Origin: Eledone cirrhosa | Taxonomy: Eukaryota | NCBI GenBank assembly: GCA_964016885.1 | Contig: OZ024743.1 | Span: 186,000,001-186,064,000 of the forward strand | Direction: 5' to 3' | DNA length: 64,000 nt | In this document: in pieces, positions 32,301 to 47,400 of the stretch | Position numbering within the stretch: the first letter of the stretch is position 1 | Layout: each line of letters opens with the position of its first letter | Notes under the pieces: generated by a model | Told to the model about the DNA's origin: nothing | What the model saw: the letters and a program-made list of their open reading frames with translations, nothing else | Database searches by the model: none | Made by a program: the position numbers and the translations under genes

Positions 32301-35229
32301 ATCCCACTACATTACTATCCTACTTAAGTCTTATTCCACTACATTACTATCCTACAACAGTCTTATCCCACTACATTACTATCCTACAACAGTCTTATCC
32401 CACTACATTACTATCCTACTTAAGTCTTATTCCACTACATTACTATCCTACAACAGTCTTATCCCACTACATTACTATCCTACAACAGTCTTATCCCACT
32501 ACATTACTATTCTACTTAAGTCTTATCCCACTACATTACTGTCCTACAACAGTCTTATCCCACTGCATTACTATTCTACAACAGTCTTATCCCACTACAT
32601 TACTATCCTACAACAGTCTTATCCCACTACATTACTATCCTACTTAAGTCTTATCCCACTACATTACTATCCTACAACAGTCTTATCCCACTACATTACT
32701 ATTCTACTTAAGTCTTATCCCACTACATTACTATCCTACAACAGTCTTATCCCACTACATTACTATCCTACAACAGTCTTATCCCACTACATTACTATCC
32801 TACAACAGTCTTATCCCACTACATTACTATCCTACCACAGTCTTATCCCACTACATTACTATTCTACAACAGTCTTATCCCACTACATTACTATCCTACA
32901 ACAGTCTTATTCCACTACATTACTATTCTACTTAAGTCTTATCCCACTACATTACTATCCTACAACAGTCTTATCCCACTACATTACTATCCTACAACAG
33001 TCTTATCCCACTACATTACTATCCTACAACAGTCTTATCCCACTACGTTACTATCCTACAACAGTCTTATCCCACTACATTACTATCCTACTTAAGTCTT
33101 ATTCCACTACATTACTATCCTAGAACAGTCTTATTCCACTACATTACTATCCTACAACAGTCTTATCCCACTACGTTACTATCCTACAACAGTCTTATCC
33201 CACTACATTACTATCCTACTTAAGTCTTATCCCACTACATTACTATCCTACTTAAGTCTTATTCCTCTACATTACTATCCTACAACAGTCTTATCCCACT
33301 ACCTTACTATTCTACAACAGTCTTATCCCACTACATTACTATCCTATAACAGTCTTATCCCACTACATTACTATCCTATAACAGTCTTATCCCACTACAT
33401 TACTATCCTACAACAGTCTTATCCCACTACATTACTATCCTATAACAGTCTTATCCCACTACATTACTATCCTACAACAGTCTTATCCCACTACATTACT
33501 ATCCTACAACAGTCTTATCCCACTACATTACTATTCTACTTAAGTCTTATCCCACTACATTACTATCCTACAACAGTCTTATCCCACTACATTACTATCC
33601 TACAACAGTCTTATCCCACTACATTACTATCCTACAACAGTCTTATCCCACTACGTTACTATTCTACTTAAGTCTTATCCCACTACATTACTATCCTACA
33701 ACAGTCTTATCCCACTACATTACTATCCTACAACAGTCTTATCCCACTACATTACTATCCTACAACAGTCTTATCCCACTATATTACTATCCTACAACAG
33801 TCTTATCCCACTACATTACTATCCTACAACAGTCTTATCCCACTACATTACTATCCTACAACAGTCTTATCCCACTACATTACTATCCTACAACAGTCTT
33901 ATCCCACTACATTACTATTCTACAACAGTCTTATCCCACTACATTACTATCCTACAACAGTCTTATCCCACTACATTACTATCCTACAACAGTCTTATCC
34001 CACTACATTACTATCCTACAACAGTCTTATCCCACTACATTACTATTCTACTTAAGTCTTATCCCACTACATTACTATCCTACAACAGTCTTATCCCACT
34101 ACATTACTATTCTACTTAAGTCTTATCCCACTACATTACTATCCTACTTAAGTCTTATTCCACAACATTACTATCCTACAACAGTCTTATCCCACTACAT
34201 TACTATTCTACTTAAGTCTTATCCCACTACATTACTATTCTACTTAAGTCTTATCCCACTACTTTACTATCCTACAACAGTCTTATCCCACTACATTACT
34301 ATCCTACAACAGTCTTATCCCACTACATTACTATCCTACAACAGTCTTATCCCACTACATTACTATCCTACAACAGTCTTATCCCACTACATTACTATTC
34401 TACTTAAGTCTTATTCCACTACATTACTATCCTACTTAAGTCTTATCCCACTACATTACTATCCTACTAAAGTCTTATCCCACTATATTACTATCCTACT
34501 TAAGTCTTATCCCACTACATTACTATCCTACTTAAGTCTTATCCCACTACATTACTATCCTACTTAAGTCTTATCCCACTACATTACTATCCTACAACAG
34601 TCTTATCCCACTACATTACTATCCTACAACAGTCTTATCCCACTACATTACTATCCTACAACAGTCTTATCCCACTACATTACTATCCTACTTAAGTCTT
34701 ATCACACTACATTACTATCCGACAACAGTCTTATCCCACTACATTACTATACTACAACAGTCTTATCCCACTACATTACTATCCTACAACAGTCTTATCC
34801 CACTACATTACTATTCTACTTAAGTCTTATCCCACTACATTACTATCCTACAACAGTCTTATCCCACTACATTACTATCCTACTTAAGTCTTATCCCACT
34901 ACATTACTATTCTACTTAAGTCTTATCCCACTACATTACTATCCTAGAACAGTCTTATCCCACTACATTACTATCCTACTTAAGTCTTATCCCAGTACAT
35001 TACTATTCTACTTAAGTCTTATCCCACTACATTACTATTCTACTTAAGTCTTATCCCACTACATTACTATTCTACTTAAGTCTTATCCCACTACATTACT
35101 ATCCTACTTAAGTCTTATCCCACTACATTACTATTCTACTTAAGTCTTATCCCACTACATTACTATCCTACAACAGTCTTATCCCACTACATTACTATCC
35201 TACAACAGTCTTATCCCACTACATTACAA

Positions 35230-38200
35230 TCCTACTTAAGTCTTATCCCACTACATTACTATCCTACTTAAGTCTTATCCCACTACATTACTATCCGACA
35301 ACAGTCTTATCCCACTACATTACTATCCTACTTAAGTCTTATCCCACTACATTACTATTCTACTTAAGTCTTATCCCACTACATTACTATCCTACAACAG
35401 TCTTATCCCACTACATTACTATCCTACAACAGTCTTATCCCACTACATTACTATTCTACTTAAGTCTTATCCCACTACATTACTATCCTATAACAGTCTT
35501 ATCCCACTACATTACTATCCTACAACAGTCTTATCCCACTACATTACTATCCTATAACAGTCTTATCCCACTACATTACTATCCTACAACAGTCTTATCC
35601 CACTACATTACTATCCTACAACAGTCTTATCCCACTACATTACTATTCTACTTAAGTCTTATCCCACTACATTACTATTCTACTTAAGTCTTATCCCACT
35701 ACATTACTATCCTACAACAGTCTTATCCCACTACATTACTATCCTACAACAGTCTTATCCCACTACATTACTATCCTACAACAGTCTTATCCCACTACAT
35801 TACTATTCTACTTAAGTCTTATCCCACTACATTACTATCCTACTTAAGTCTTATCCCACTACATTACTATCCTATAACAGTCTTATCCCACTACATTACT
35901 ATCCTACAACAGTCTTATCCCACTACATTACTATCCTATAACAGTCTTATCCCACTACGTTACTATCCTACAACAGTCTTATCCCACTACATTACTATCC
36001 TACAACAGTCTTATCCCACTACATTACTATCCTACAACAGTCTTATCCCACTACATTACTATTCTACTTAAGTCTTATCCCACTACATTACTATCCTACA
36101 ACAGTCTTATCCCACTACATTACTATCCTACAACAGCCTTATCCCACTACATTACTATTCTACTTAAGTCTTATCCCACTACATTACTATCCTACAACAG
36201 TCTTATCCCACTACATTACTATCCTACAACAGTCTTATCCCACTACATTACTATCCTACAACAGTCTTATCCCACTATATTACTATCCTACAACAGTCTT
36301 ATCCCACTACATTACTATCCTACAACAGTCTTATCCCACTACATTACTATCCTACAACAGTCTTATCCCACTACATTACTATCCTACAACAGTCTTATCC
36401 CACTACATTACTATTCTACAACAGTCTTATCCCACTACATTACTATCCTACAACAGTCTTATCCGACTACATTACTATTCTACTTAAGTCTTATTCCACT
36501 ACATTACTATCCTACTTAAGTCTTATCCCACTACATTATTATCCTAGTAAAGTCTTATCCCACTATATTACTATCCTACTTAAGTCTTATCCCACTACAT
36601 TACTATCCTACTTAAGTCTTATCCCACTACATTACTATCCTACTTAAGTCTTATCCCACTACATTACTATTCTACTTAAGTCTTATCCCACTACATTACT
36701 ATCCTACAACAGTCTTATCCCACTACATTACTATCCTACAACAGTCTTATCCCACTACATTACTATCCTACAACAGTCTTATCCCACTACATTACTATTT
36801 TACTTAAGTCTTATCCCACTACATTACTATCCTACTTAAGTCTTATCACACTACATTACTATCCGACAACAGTCTTATCCCACTACATTACTATACTACA
36901 ACAGTCTTATCCCACTACATTACTATCCTACAACAGTCTTATCCCACTACATTACTATTCTACTTAAGTCTTATCACACTACATTACTATCCTACAACAG
37001 TCTTATCCCACTACATTACTATCCTACTTAAGTCTTATCCCACTACATTACTATTCTACTTAAGTCTTATCCCACTACATTACTATCCTACAACAGTCTT
37101 ATCCCACTACATTACTATCCTACTTAAGTCTTATCCCACTACATTACTATTCTACTTAAGTCTTATCCCACTACATTACTATTCTACTTAAGTCTTATCC
37201 CACTACATTACTATTCTACTTAAGTCTTATCCCACTACATTACTATCCTACTTAAGTCTTATCCCACTACATTACTATTCTACTTAAGTCTTATCCCACT
37301 ACATTACTATCCTACAACAGTCTTATCCCACTACATTACTATCCTACAACAGTCTTATCCCACTACATTACTATCCTACTTAAGTCTTATCCCACTACAT
37401 TACTATCCTACTTAAGTCTTATCCCACTACATTACTATCCGACAACAGTCTTATCCCACTACATTACTATCCTACAACAGTCTTATCCCACTACATTACT
37501 ATTCTACTTAAGTCTTATCCCACTACATTACTATCCTACAACAGTCTTATCCCACTACATTACTATCCTACAACAGTCTTATCCCACTACATTACTATTC
37601 TACTTAAGTCTTATCCCACTACATTACTATCCTATAACAGTCTTATCCCACTACATTACTATCCTACAACAGTCTTATCCGACTACATTACTATTCTACT
37701 TAAGTCTTATCCCACTACATTACTATCCGACAACAGTCTTATCCCACTACATTACTATCCTACAACAGTCTTATCCCACTACATTACTATTCTACTTAAG
37801 TCTTATCCCACTACATTACTATCCGACAACAGTCTTATCCCACTACATTACTATCCTACAACAGTCTTATCCCACTACATTACTATTCTACAACAGTCTT
37901 ATTCCACTACATTACTATTCTACTTAAGTCTTATCCCACTACATTACTATCCTACAACAGTCTTATCCGACTACATTACTATTCTACTTAAGTCTTATTC
38001 CACTACATTACTATTCTACAACAGTCTTATCCCACTACATTACTATCCTACAACAGTCTTATCCCACTACATTACTATTCTACTTAAGTCTTATCCCACT
38101 ACATTACTATCCTATAACAGTCTTATCCCACTACATTACTATCCTACAACAGTCTTATCCCACTACATTACTATCCTACAACAGTCTTATCCCACTACAT

Positions 38201-41200
38201 TACTATTCTACAACAGTCTTATCCCACTACATTACTATCCTACAACAGTCTTATCCCACTACATTACTATTCTACAACAGTCTTATCCCACTACATTACT
38301 ATCCTACAACAGTCTTATCCGACTACATTACTATTCTACTTAAGTCTTATTCCACTACATTACTATTCTACAACAGTCTTATCCCACTACATTACTATCC
38401 TACAACAGTCTTATCCCACTACATTACTATCCTACAACAGTCTTATCCCACTACATTACTATTCTACTTAAGTCTTATCCCACTACATTACTATCCTATA
38501 ACAGTCTTATCCCACTACATTACTATTCTACAACAGTCTTATTCCACTACATTACTATCCTACTTAAGTCTTATCCGACTACATTACTATCCTATAACAG
38601 TCTTATCCCACTACATTACTATCCTACAACAGTCTTATCCCACTACATTACTATCCTATAACAGTCTTATCCCACTACATTACTATCCTACAACAGTCTT
38701 ATCCCACTACATTACTATCCTATAACAGTCTTATCCCACTACATTACTATCCTACAACAGTCTTATCCCACTACATTACTATTCTACTTAAGTCTTATCC
38801 CACTACATTACTATCCTACTTAAGTCTTATCCCACTACATTACTATCCTACTTAAGTCTTATCCCACTACATTACTATCCGACAACAGTCTTATCCCACT
38901 ACATTACTATCCTACTTAAGTCTTATCCCACTACATTACTATTCTACTTAAGTCTTATCCCACTACATTACTATCCTACAACAGTCTTATCCCACTACAT
39001 TACTATCCTACAACAGTCTTATCCCACTACATTACTATTCTACTTAAGTCTTATCCCACTACATTACTATCCTATAACAGTCTTATCCCACTACATTACT
39101 ATCCTACAACAGTCTTATCCCACTACATTACTATCCTATAACAGTCTTATCCCACTACATTACTATCCTACAACAGTCTTATCCCACTACATTACTATCC
39201 TACAACAGTCTTATCCCACTACATTACTATTCTACTTAAGTCTTATCCCACTACATTACTATTCTACTTAAGTCTTATCCCACTACATTACTATCCTACA
39301 ACAGTCTTATCCCACTACATTACTATCCTACAACAGTCTTATCCCACTACATTACTATCCTACAACAGTCTTATCCCACTACATTACTATTCTACTTAAG
39401 TCTTATCCCACTACATTACTATCCTACTTAAGTCTTATCCCACTACATTACTATCCTATAACAGTCTTATCCCACTACATTACTATCCTACAACAGTCTT
39501 ATCCCACTACATTACTATCCTATAACAGTCTTATCCCACTACGTTACTATCCTACAACAGTCTTATCCCACTACATTACTATCCTACAACAGTCTTATCC
39601 CACTACATTACTATCCTACAACAGTCTTATCCCACTACATTACTATTCTACTTAAGTCTTATCCCACTACATTACTATCCTACAACAGTCTTATCCCACT
39701 ACATTACTATCCTACAACAGCCTTATCCCACTACATTACTATTCTACTTAAGTCTTATCCCACTACATTACTATCCTACAACAGTCTTATCCCACTACAT
39801 TACTATCCTACAACAGTCTTATCCCACTACATTACTATCCTACAACAGTCTTATCCCACTATATTACTATCCTACAACAGTCTTATCCCACTACATTACT
39901 ATCCTACAACAGTCTTATCCCACTACATTACTATCCTACAACAGTCTTATCCCACTACATTACTATCCTACAACAGTCTTATCCCACTACATTACTATTC
40001 TACAACAGTCTTATCCCACTACATTACTATCCTACAACAGTCTTATCCGACTACATTACTATTCTACTTAAGTCTTATTCCACTACATTACTATCCTACT
40101 TAAGTCTTATCCCACTACATTATTATCCTAGTAAAGTCTTATCCCACTATATTACTATCCTACTTAAGTCTTATCCCACTACATTACTATCCTACTTAAG
40201 TCTTATCCCACTACATTACTATCCTACTTAAGTCTTATCCCACTACATTACTATTCTACTTAAGTCTTATCCCACTACATTACTATCCTACAACAGTCTT
40301 ATCCCACTACATTACTATCCTACAACAGTCTTATCCCACTACATTACTATCCTACAACAGTCTTATCCCACTACATTACTATTTTACTTAAGTCTTATCC
40401 CACTACATTACTATCCTACTTAAGTCTTATCACACTACATTACTATCCGACAACAGTCTTATCCCACTACATTACTATACTACAACAGTCTTATCCCACT
40501 ACATTACTATCCTACAACAGTCTTATCCCACTACATTACTATTCTACTTAAGTCTTATCACACTACATTACTATCCTACAACAGTCTTATCCCACTACAT
40601 TACTATCCTACTTAAGTCTTATCCCACTACATTACTATTCTACTTAAGTCTTATCCCACTACATTACTATCCTACAACAGTCTTATCCCACTACATTACT
40701 ATCCTACTTAAGTCTTATCCCACTACATTACTATTCTACTTAAGTCTTATCCCACTACATTACTATTCTACTTAAGTCTTATCCCACTACATTACTATTC
40801 TACTTAAGTCTTATCCCACTACATTACTATCCTACTTAAGTCTTATCCCACTACATTACTATTCTACTTAAGTCTTATCCCACTACATTACTATCCTACA
40901 ACAGTCTTATCCCACTACATTACTATCCTACAACAGTCTTATCCCACTACATTACTATCCTACTTAAGTCTTATCCCACTACATTACTATCCTACTTAAG
41001 TCTTATCCCACTACATTACTATCCGACAACAGTCTTATCCCACTACATTACTATCCTACAACAGTCTTATCCCACTACATTACTATTCTACTTAAGTCTT
41101 ATCCCACTACATTACTATCCTACAACAGTCTTATCCCACTACATTACTATCCTACAACAGTCTTATCCCACTACATTACTATTCTACTTAAGTCTTATCC

Positions 41201-42400
41201 CACTACATTACTATCCTATAACAGTCTTATCCCACTACATTACTATCCTACAACAGTCTTATCCGACTACATTACTATTCTACTTAAGTCTTATCCCACT
41301 ACATTACTATCCGACAACAGTCTTATCCCACTACATTACTATCCTACAACAGTCTTATCCCACTACATTACTATTCTACTTAAGTCTTATCCCACTACAT
41401 TACTATCCGACAACAGTCTTATCCCACTACATTACTATCCTACAACAGTCTTATCCCACTACATTACTATTCTACAACAGTCTTATTCCACTACATTACT
41501 ATTCTACTTAAGTCTTATCCCACTACATTACTATCCTACAACAGTCTTATCCGACTACATTACTATTCTACTTAAGTCTTATTCCACTACATTACTATTC
41601 TACAACAGTCTTATCCCACTACATTACTATCCTACAACAGTCTTATCCCACTACATTACTATTCTACTTAAGTCTTATCCCACTACATTACTATCCTATA
41701 ACAGTCTTATCCCACTACATTACTATCCTACAACAGTCTTATCCCACTACATTACTATCCTACAACAGTCTTATCCCACTACATTACTATTCTACAACAG
41801 TCTTATCCCACTACATTACTATCCTACAACAGTCTTATCCCACTACATTACTATTCTACAACAGTCTTATCCCACTACATTACTATCCTACAACAGTCTT
41901 ATCCGACTACATTACTATTCTACTTAAGTCTTATTCCACTACATTACTATTCTACAACAGTCTTATCCCACTACATTACTATCCTACAACAGTCTTATCC
42001 CACTACATTACTATCCTACAACAGTCTTATCCCACTACATTACTATTCTACTTAAGTCTTATCCCACTACATTACTATCCTATAACAGTCTTATCCCACT
42101 ACATTACTATTCTACAACAGTCTTATTCCACTACATTACTATCCTACTTAAGTCTTATCCGACTACATTACTATCCTATAACAGTCTTATCCCACTACAT
42201 TACTATCCTACAACAGTCTTATCCCACTACATTACTATCCTATAACAGTCTTATCCCACTACATTACTATCCTACAACAGTCTTATCCCACTACATTACT
42301 ATCCTATAACAGTCTTATCCCACTACATTACTATCCTACAACAGTCTTATCCCACTACATTACTATCCTACAACAGTCTTATCCCACTACATTACTATTC
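35230..42400. repeat. 3584-bp (112 monomer) tandem block duplication
   Basis: AGCCTT variant at 36136/39720, CTAGTAAA monomer at 36540/40124 and TATTTTAC variant at 36796/40380, all offset by 3584. Confidence 0.85.
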
Positions 42401-44449
42401 TACTTAAGTCTTATCCCACTACATTACTATTCTACTTAAGTCTTATCCCACTACATTACTATCCTACAACAGTCTTATCCCACTACATTACTATCCTACA
42501 ACAGTCTTATCCCACTACATTACTATCCTACAACAGTCTTATCCCACTACATTACTATTCTACTTAAGTCTTATCCCACTACATTACTATCCTACTTAAG
42601 TCTTATCCCACTACATTACTATCCTATAACAGTCTTATCCCACTACATTACTATCCTACAACAGTCTTATCCCACTACATTACTATCCTATAACAGTCTT
42701 ATCCCACTACGTTACTATCCTACAACAGTCTTATCCCACTACATTACTATCCTACAACAGTCTTATCCCACTACATTACTATCCTACAACAGTCTTATCC
42801 CACTACATTACTATTCTACTTAAGTCTTATCCCACTACATTACTATCCTACAACAGTCTTATCCCACTACATTACTATCCTACAACAGTCTTATCCCACT
42901 ACATTACTATTCTACTTAAGTCTTATCCCACTACATTACTATCCTACAACAGTCTTATCCCACTACATTACTATCCTACAACAGTCTTATCCCACTACAT
43001 TACTATCCTACAACAGTCTTATCCCACTATATTACTATCCTACAACAGTCTTATCCCACTACATTACTATCCTACAACAGTCTTATCCCACTACATTACT
43101 ATCCTACAACAGTCTTATCCCACTACATTACTATCCTACAACAGTCTTATCCCACTACATTACTATCCTACAACAGTCTTATCCCACTACATTACTATTC
43201 TACAACAGTCTTATCCCACTACATTACTATCCTACAACAGTCTTATCCGACTACATTACTATTCTACTTAAGTCTTATCCCACTACATTACTATCCTACA
43301 ACAGTCTTATCCCACTACATTACTATCCTACAACAGTCTTATCCCACTACATTACTATCCTACAACAGTCTTATCCCACTACATTACTATCCTACAACAG
43401 TCTTATCCCACTACATTACTATCCTACAACAGTCTTATCCCACTACATTACTATTCTACAACAGTCTTATCCCACTACATTACTATCCTACAACAGTCTT
43501 ATCCGACTACATTACTATTCTACTTAAGTCTTATCCCACTACATTACTATCCTACTTAAGTCTTATCCCACTACATTACTATCCTACAACAGTCTTATCC
43601 CACTACATTACTATCCTACAACAGTCTTATCCCACTACATTACTATCCTACAACAGTCTTATCCCACTACATTACTATCCTACAACAGTCTTATCCCACT
43701 ACATTACTATTCTACAACAGTCTTATCCCACTACATTACTATCCTACAACAGTCTTATCCCACTACATTACTATTCTACAACAGTCTTATCCCACTACAT
43801 TACTATCCTACAACAGTCTTATCCCACTACATTACTATCCTACTTAAGTCTTATCCCACTACATTACTATTCTACTTAAGTCTTATTCCACTACATTACT
43901 ATCCTACAACAGTCTTATCCGACTACATTACTATCCTACTTAAGTCTTATCCCACTACATTACTATCCTACTTAAGTCTTATCCCACTACATTACTATCC
44001 TACTTAAGTCTTATCCCACTACATTACTATTCTACTTAAGTCTTATCCCACAACATTACTATCCTACAACAGTCTTATCCCACTACATTACTATCCTACA
44101 ACAGTCTTATCCCACTACATTACTATCCTACAACAGTCTTATCCCACTACATTACTATCCTACTTAAGTCTTATCACACTACATTACTATCCGACAACAG
44201 TCTTATCCCACTACATTACTATTCTACTTAAGTCTTATCCCACTACATTACTATTCTACTTAAGTCTTATCCCACTACATTACTATTCTACTTAAGTCTT
44301 ATCCCACTACATTACTATCCTACTTAAGTCTTATCCCACTACATTACTATACTACAACAGTCTTATCCCACTACATTACTATCCTACAACAGTCTTATCC
44401 CACTACATTACTATTCTACTTAAGTCTTATCCCACTACATTACTATCCT

Positions 44450-47400
44450 ACAACAGTCTTATCCCACTACATTACTATCCTACTTAAGTCTTATCCCACT
44501 ACATTACTATTCTACTTAAGTCTTATCCCACTACATTACTATCCTACAACAGTCTTATCCCACTACATTACTATCCTACAACAGTCTTATCCCACTACAT
44601 TACTATCCTACTTAAGTCTTATCCCACTACATTACTATCCTACTTAAGTCTTATCCCACTACATTACTATCCGACAACAGTCTTATCCCACTACATTACT
44701 ATCCTACAACAGTCTTATCCCACTACATTACTATTCTACTTAAGTCTTATCCCACTACATGACTATCCTACAACAGTCTTATCCCACTACATTACTATCC
44801 TACAACAGTCTTATCCCACTACATTACTATTCTACTTAAGTCTTATCCCACTACATTACTATCCTATAACAGTCTTATCCCACTACATTACTATCCTACA
44901 ACAGTCTTATCCCACTACATTACTATCCTATAACAGTCTTATCCCACTACATTACTATCCTACAACAGTCTTATCCCACTACATTACTATCCTACAACAG
45001 TCTTATCCCACTACGTTACTATTCTACTTAAGTCTTATCCCACTACATTACTATCCTACAACAGTCTTAACCCACTACATTACTATCCTACAACAGTCTT
45101 ATCCCACTACATTACTATCCTACAACAGTCTTATCCCACTACATTACTATTCTACTTAAGTCTTATCCCACTACATTACTATCCTACAACAGTCTTATCC
45201 CACTACATTACTATCCTACAACAGTCTTATCCCACAACATTACTATTCTACTTAAGTCTTATCCCACTACATTACTATCCTACACCAGTCTTATCCCACT
45301 ACATTACTATCCTACAACAGTCTTATCCCACTACATTACTATCCTACAACAGTCTTATCCCACTATATTACTATCCTACAACAGTCTTATCCCACTACAT
45401 TACTATTCTACAACAGTCTTATCCCACTACATTACTATTCTACAACAGTCTTATCCCACTACATTACTATCCTACAACAGTCTTATCCCACTACATTACT
45501 ATCCTACAGCAGTCTTATCCCACTACATTACTATCCTACAACAGTCTTATCCCACTACATTACTATCCTACAACAGTCTTATCCCACTACATTACTATCC
45601 TACAACAGTCTTATCCCACTACATTACTATTCTACTTAAGTCTTATCTCACTACATTACTATTCTACTTAAGTCTTATCCCACTACATTACTATCCTACA
45701 ACAGTCTTATCCCACTACCTTACTATCCTACAATAGTCTTATCCCACTACATTACTATCCTACAACAGTCTTATCCCACTACATTACTATCCTACAACAG
45801 TCTTATCCCACTACATTACTATTCTACTTAAGTCTTTACCCACTACATTACTATCCTACAACAGTCTTATCCCACTACATTACTATCCTACAACAGTCTT
45901 ATCCCACTACATTACTATCCTACAACAGTCTTATCCCACTACATTACTATTCTACTTAAGTCTTATCCCACTACATTACTATCCTACAACAGTCTTATCC
46001 CACTACATTACTATCCTACAACAGTCTTATCCCACTACATTATTATCCTACAACAGTCTTATCCTACAACAGTCTTATCCCACTACATTACTATTCTACT
46101 TAAGTCTTATCCCACTACATTACTATCCTACAACAGTCTTATCCCACTACATTACTATCCTACAACAGTCTTATCCCACTACATTACTATCCTACAACTG
46201 TCTTATCCCACTACATTACTATCCTACAACAGTCTTATTCCACTACATTACTATCCTACAACAGTCTTATCCCACTACATTACTATCCTACAACAGTCTT
46301 ATCCCACTACATTACTATTCTACTTAAGTCTTATCCCACTACATTACTATCCTACAACAGTCTTATCCCACTACATTACTATCCCACAACAGTCTTATCC
46401 CACTACATTACTATTCTACTTAAGTCTTATCCCACTACATTATTATCCTACAACAGTCTTATCCCACTACATTACTATCCTACAACAGTCTTATCCCACT
46501 ACATTACTATTCTACTTAAGTCTTATCCCACTACATTACTATCCTACAACAGTCTTATCCCACTACATTACTATCCTACAACAGTCTTATCCCACTACAT
46601 TACTATCCTACAACAGTCTTATCCCACTACATTATTATCCTACAACAGTCTTATCCCACTACATTACTATTCTACTTATGTCTTATCCCACTCCATTACT
46701 ATTCTACGTAAGTCTTATCCCACTACATTACTATCCTACTTAAGTCTTATTCCACTACATTACTATCCTACAACAGTCTTATCCCACTACATTACTATCC
46801 TACTTAAGTCTTATTCCACTACATTACTATCCTACAACAGTCTTATCCCACTACATTACTATCCTACAACAGTCTTATCCCACTACATTACTATCCTACT
46901 TAAGTCTTATTCCACTACATTACTATCCTACAACAGTCTTATCCCACTACATTACTATCCTACAACAGTCTTATCCCACTACATTACTATTCTACTTAAG
47001 TCTTATCCCACTACATTACTGTCCTACAACAGTCTTATCCCACTGCATTACTATTCTACAACAGTCTTATCCCACTACATTACTATCCTACAACAGTCTT
47101 ATCCCACTACATTACTATCCTACTTAAGTCTTATCCCACTACATTACTATCCTACAACAGTCTTATCCCACTACATTACTATTCTACTTAAGTCTTATCC
47201 CACTACATTACTATCCTACAACAGTCTTATCCCACTACATTACTATCCTACAACAGTCTTATCCCACTACATTACTATCCTACTTAAGTCTTATCCCACT
47301 ACATTACTATTCTACTTAAGTCTTATCCCACTACATTACTATCCTACAACAGTCTTATCCCACTACATTACTATCCTACAACAGTCTTATCCCACTACAT

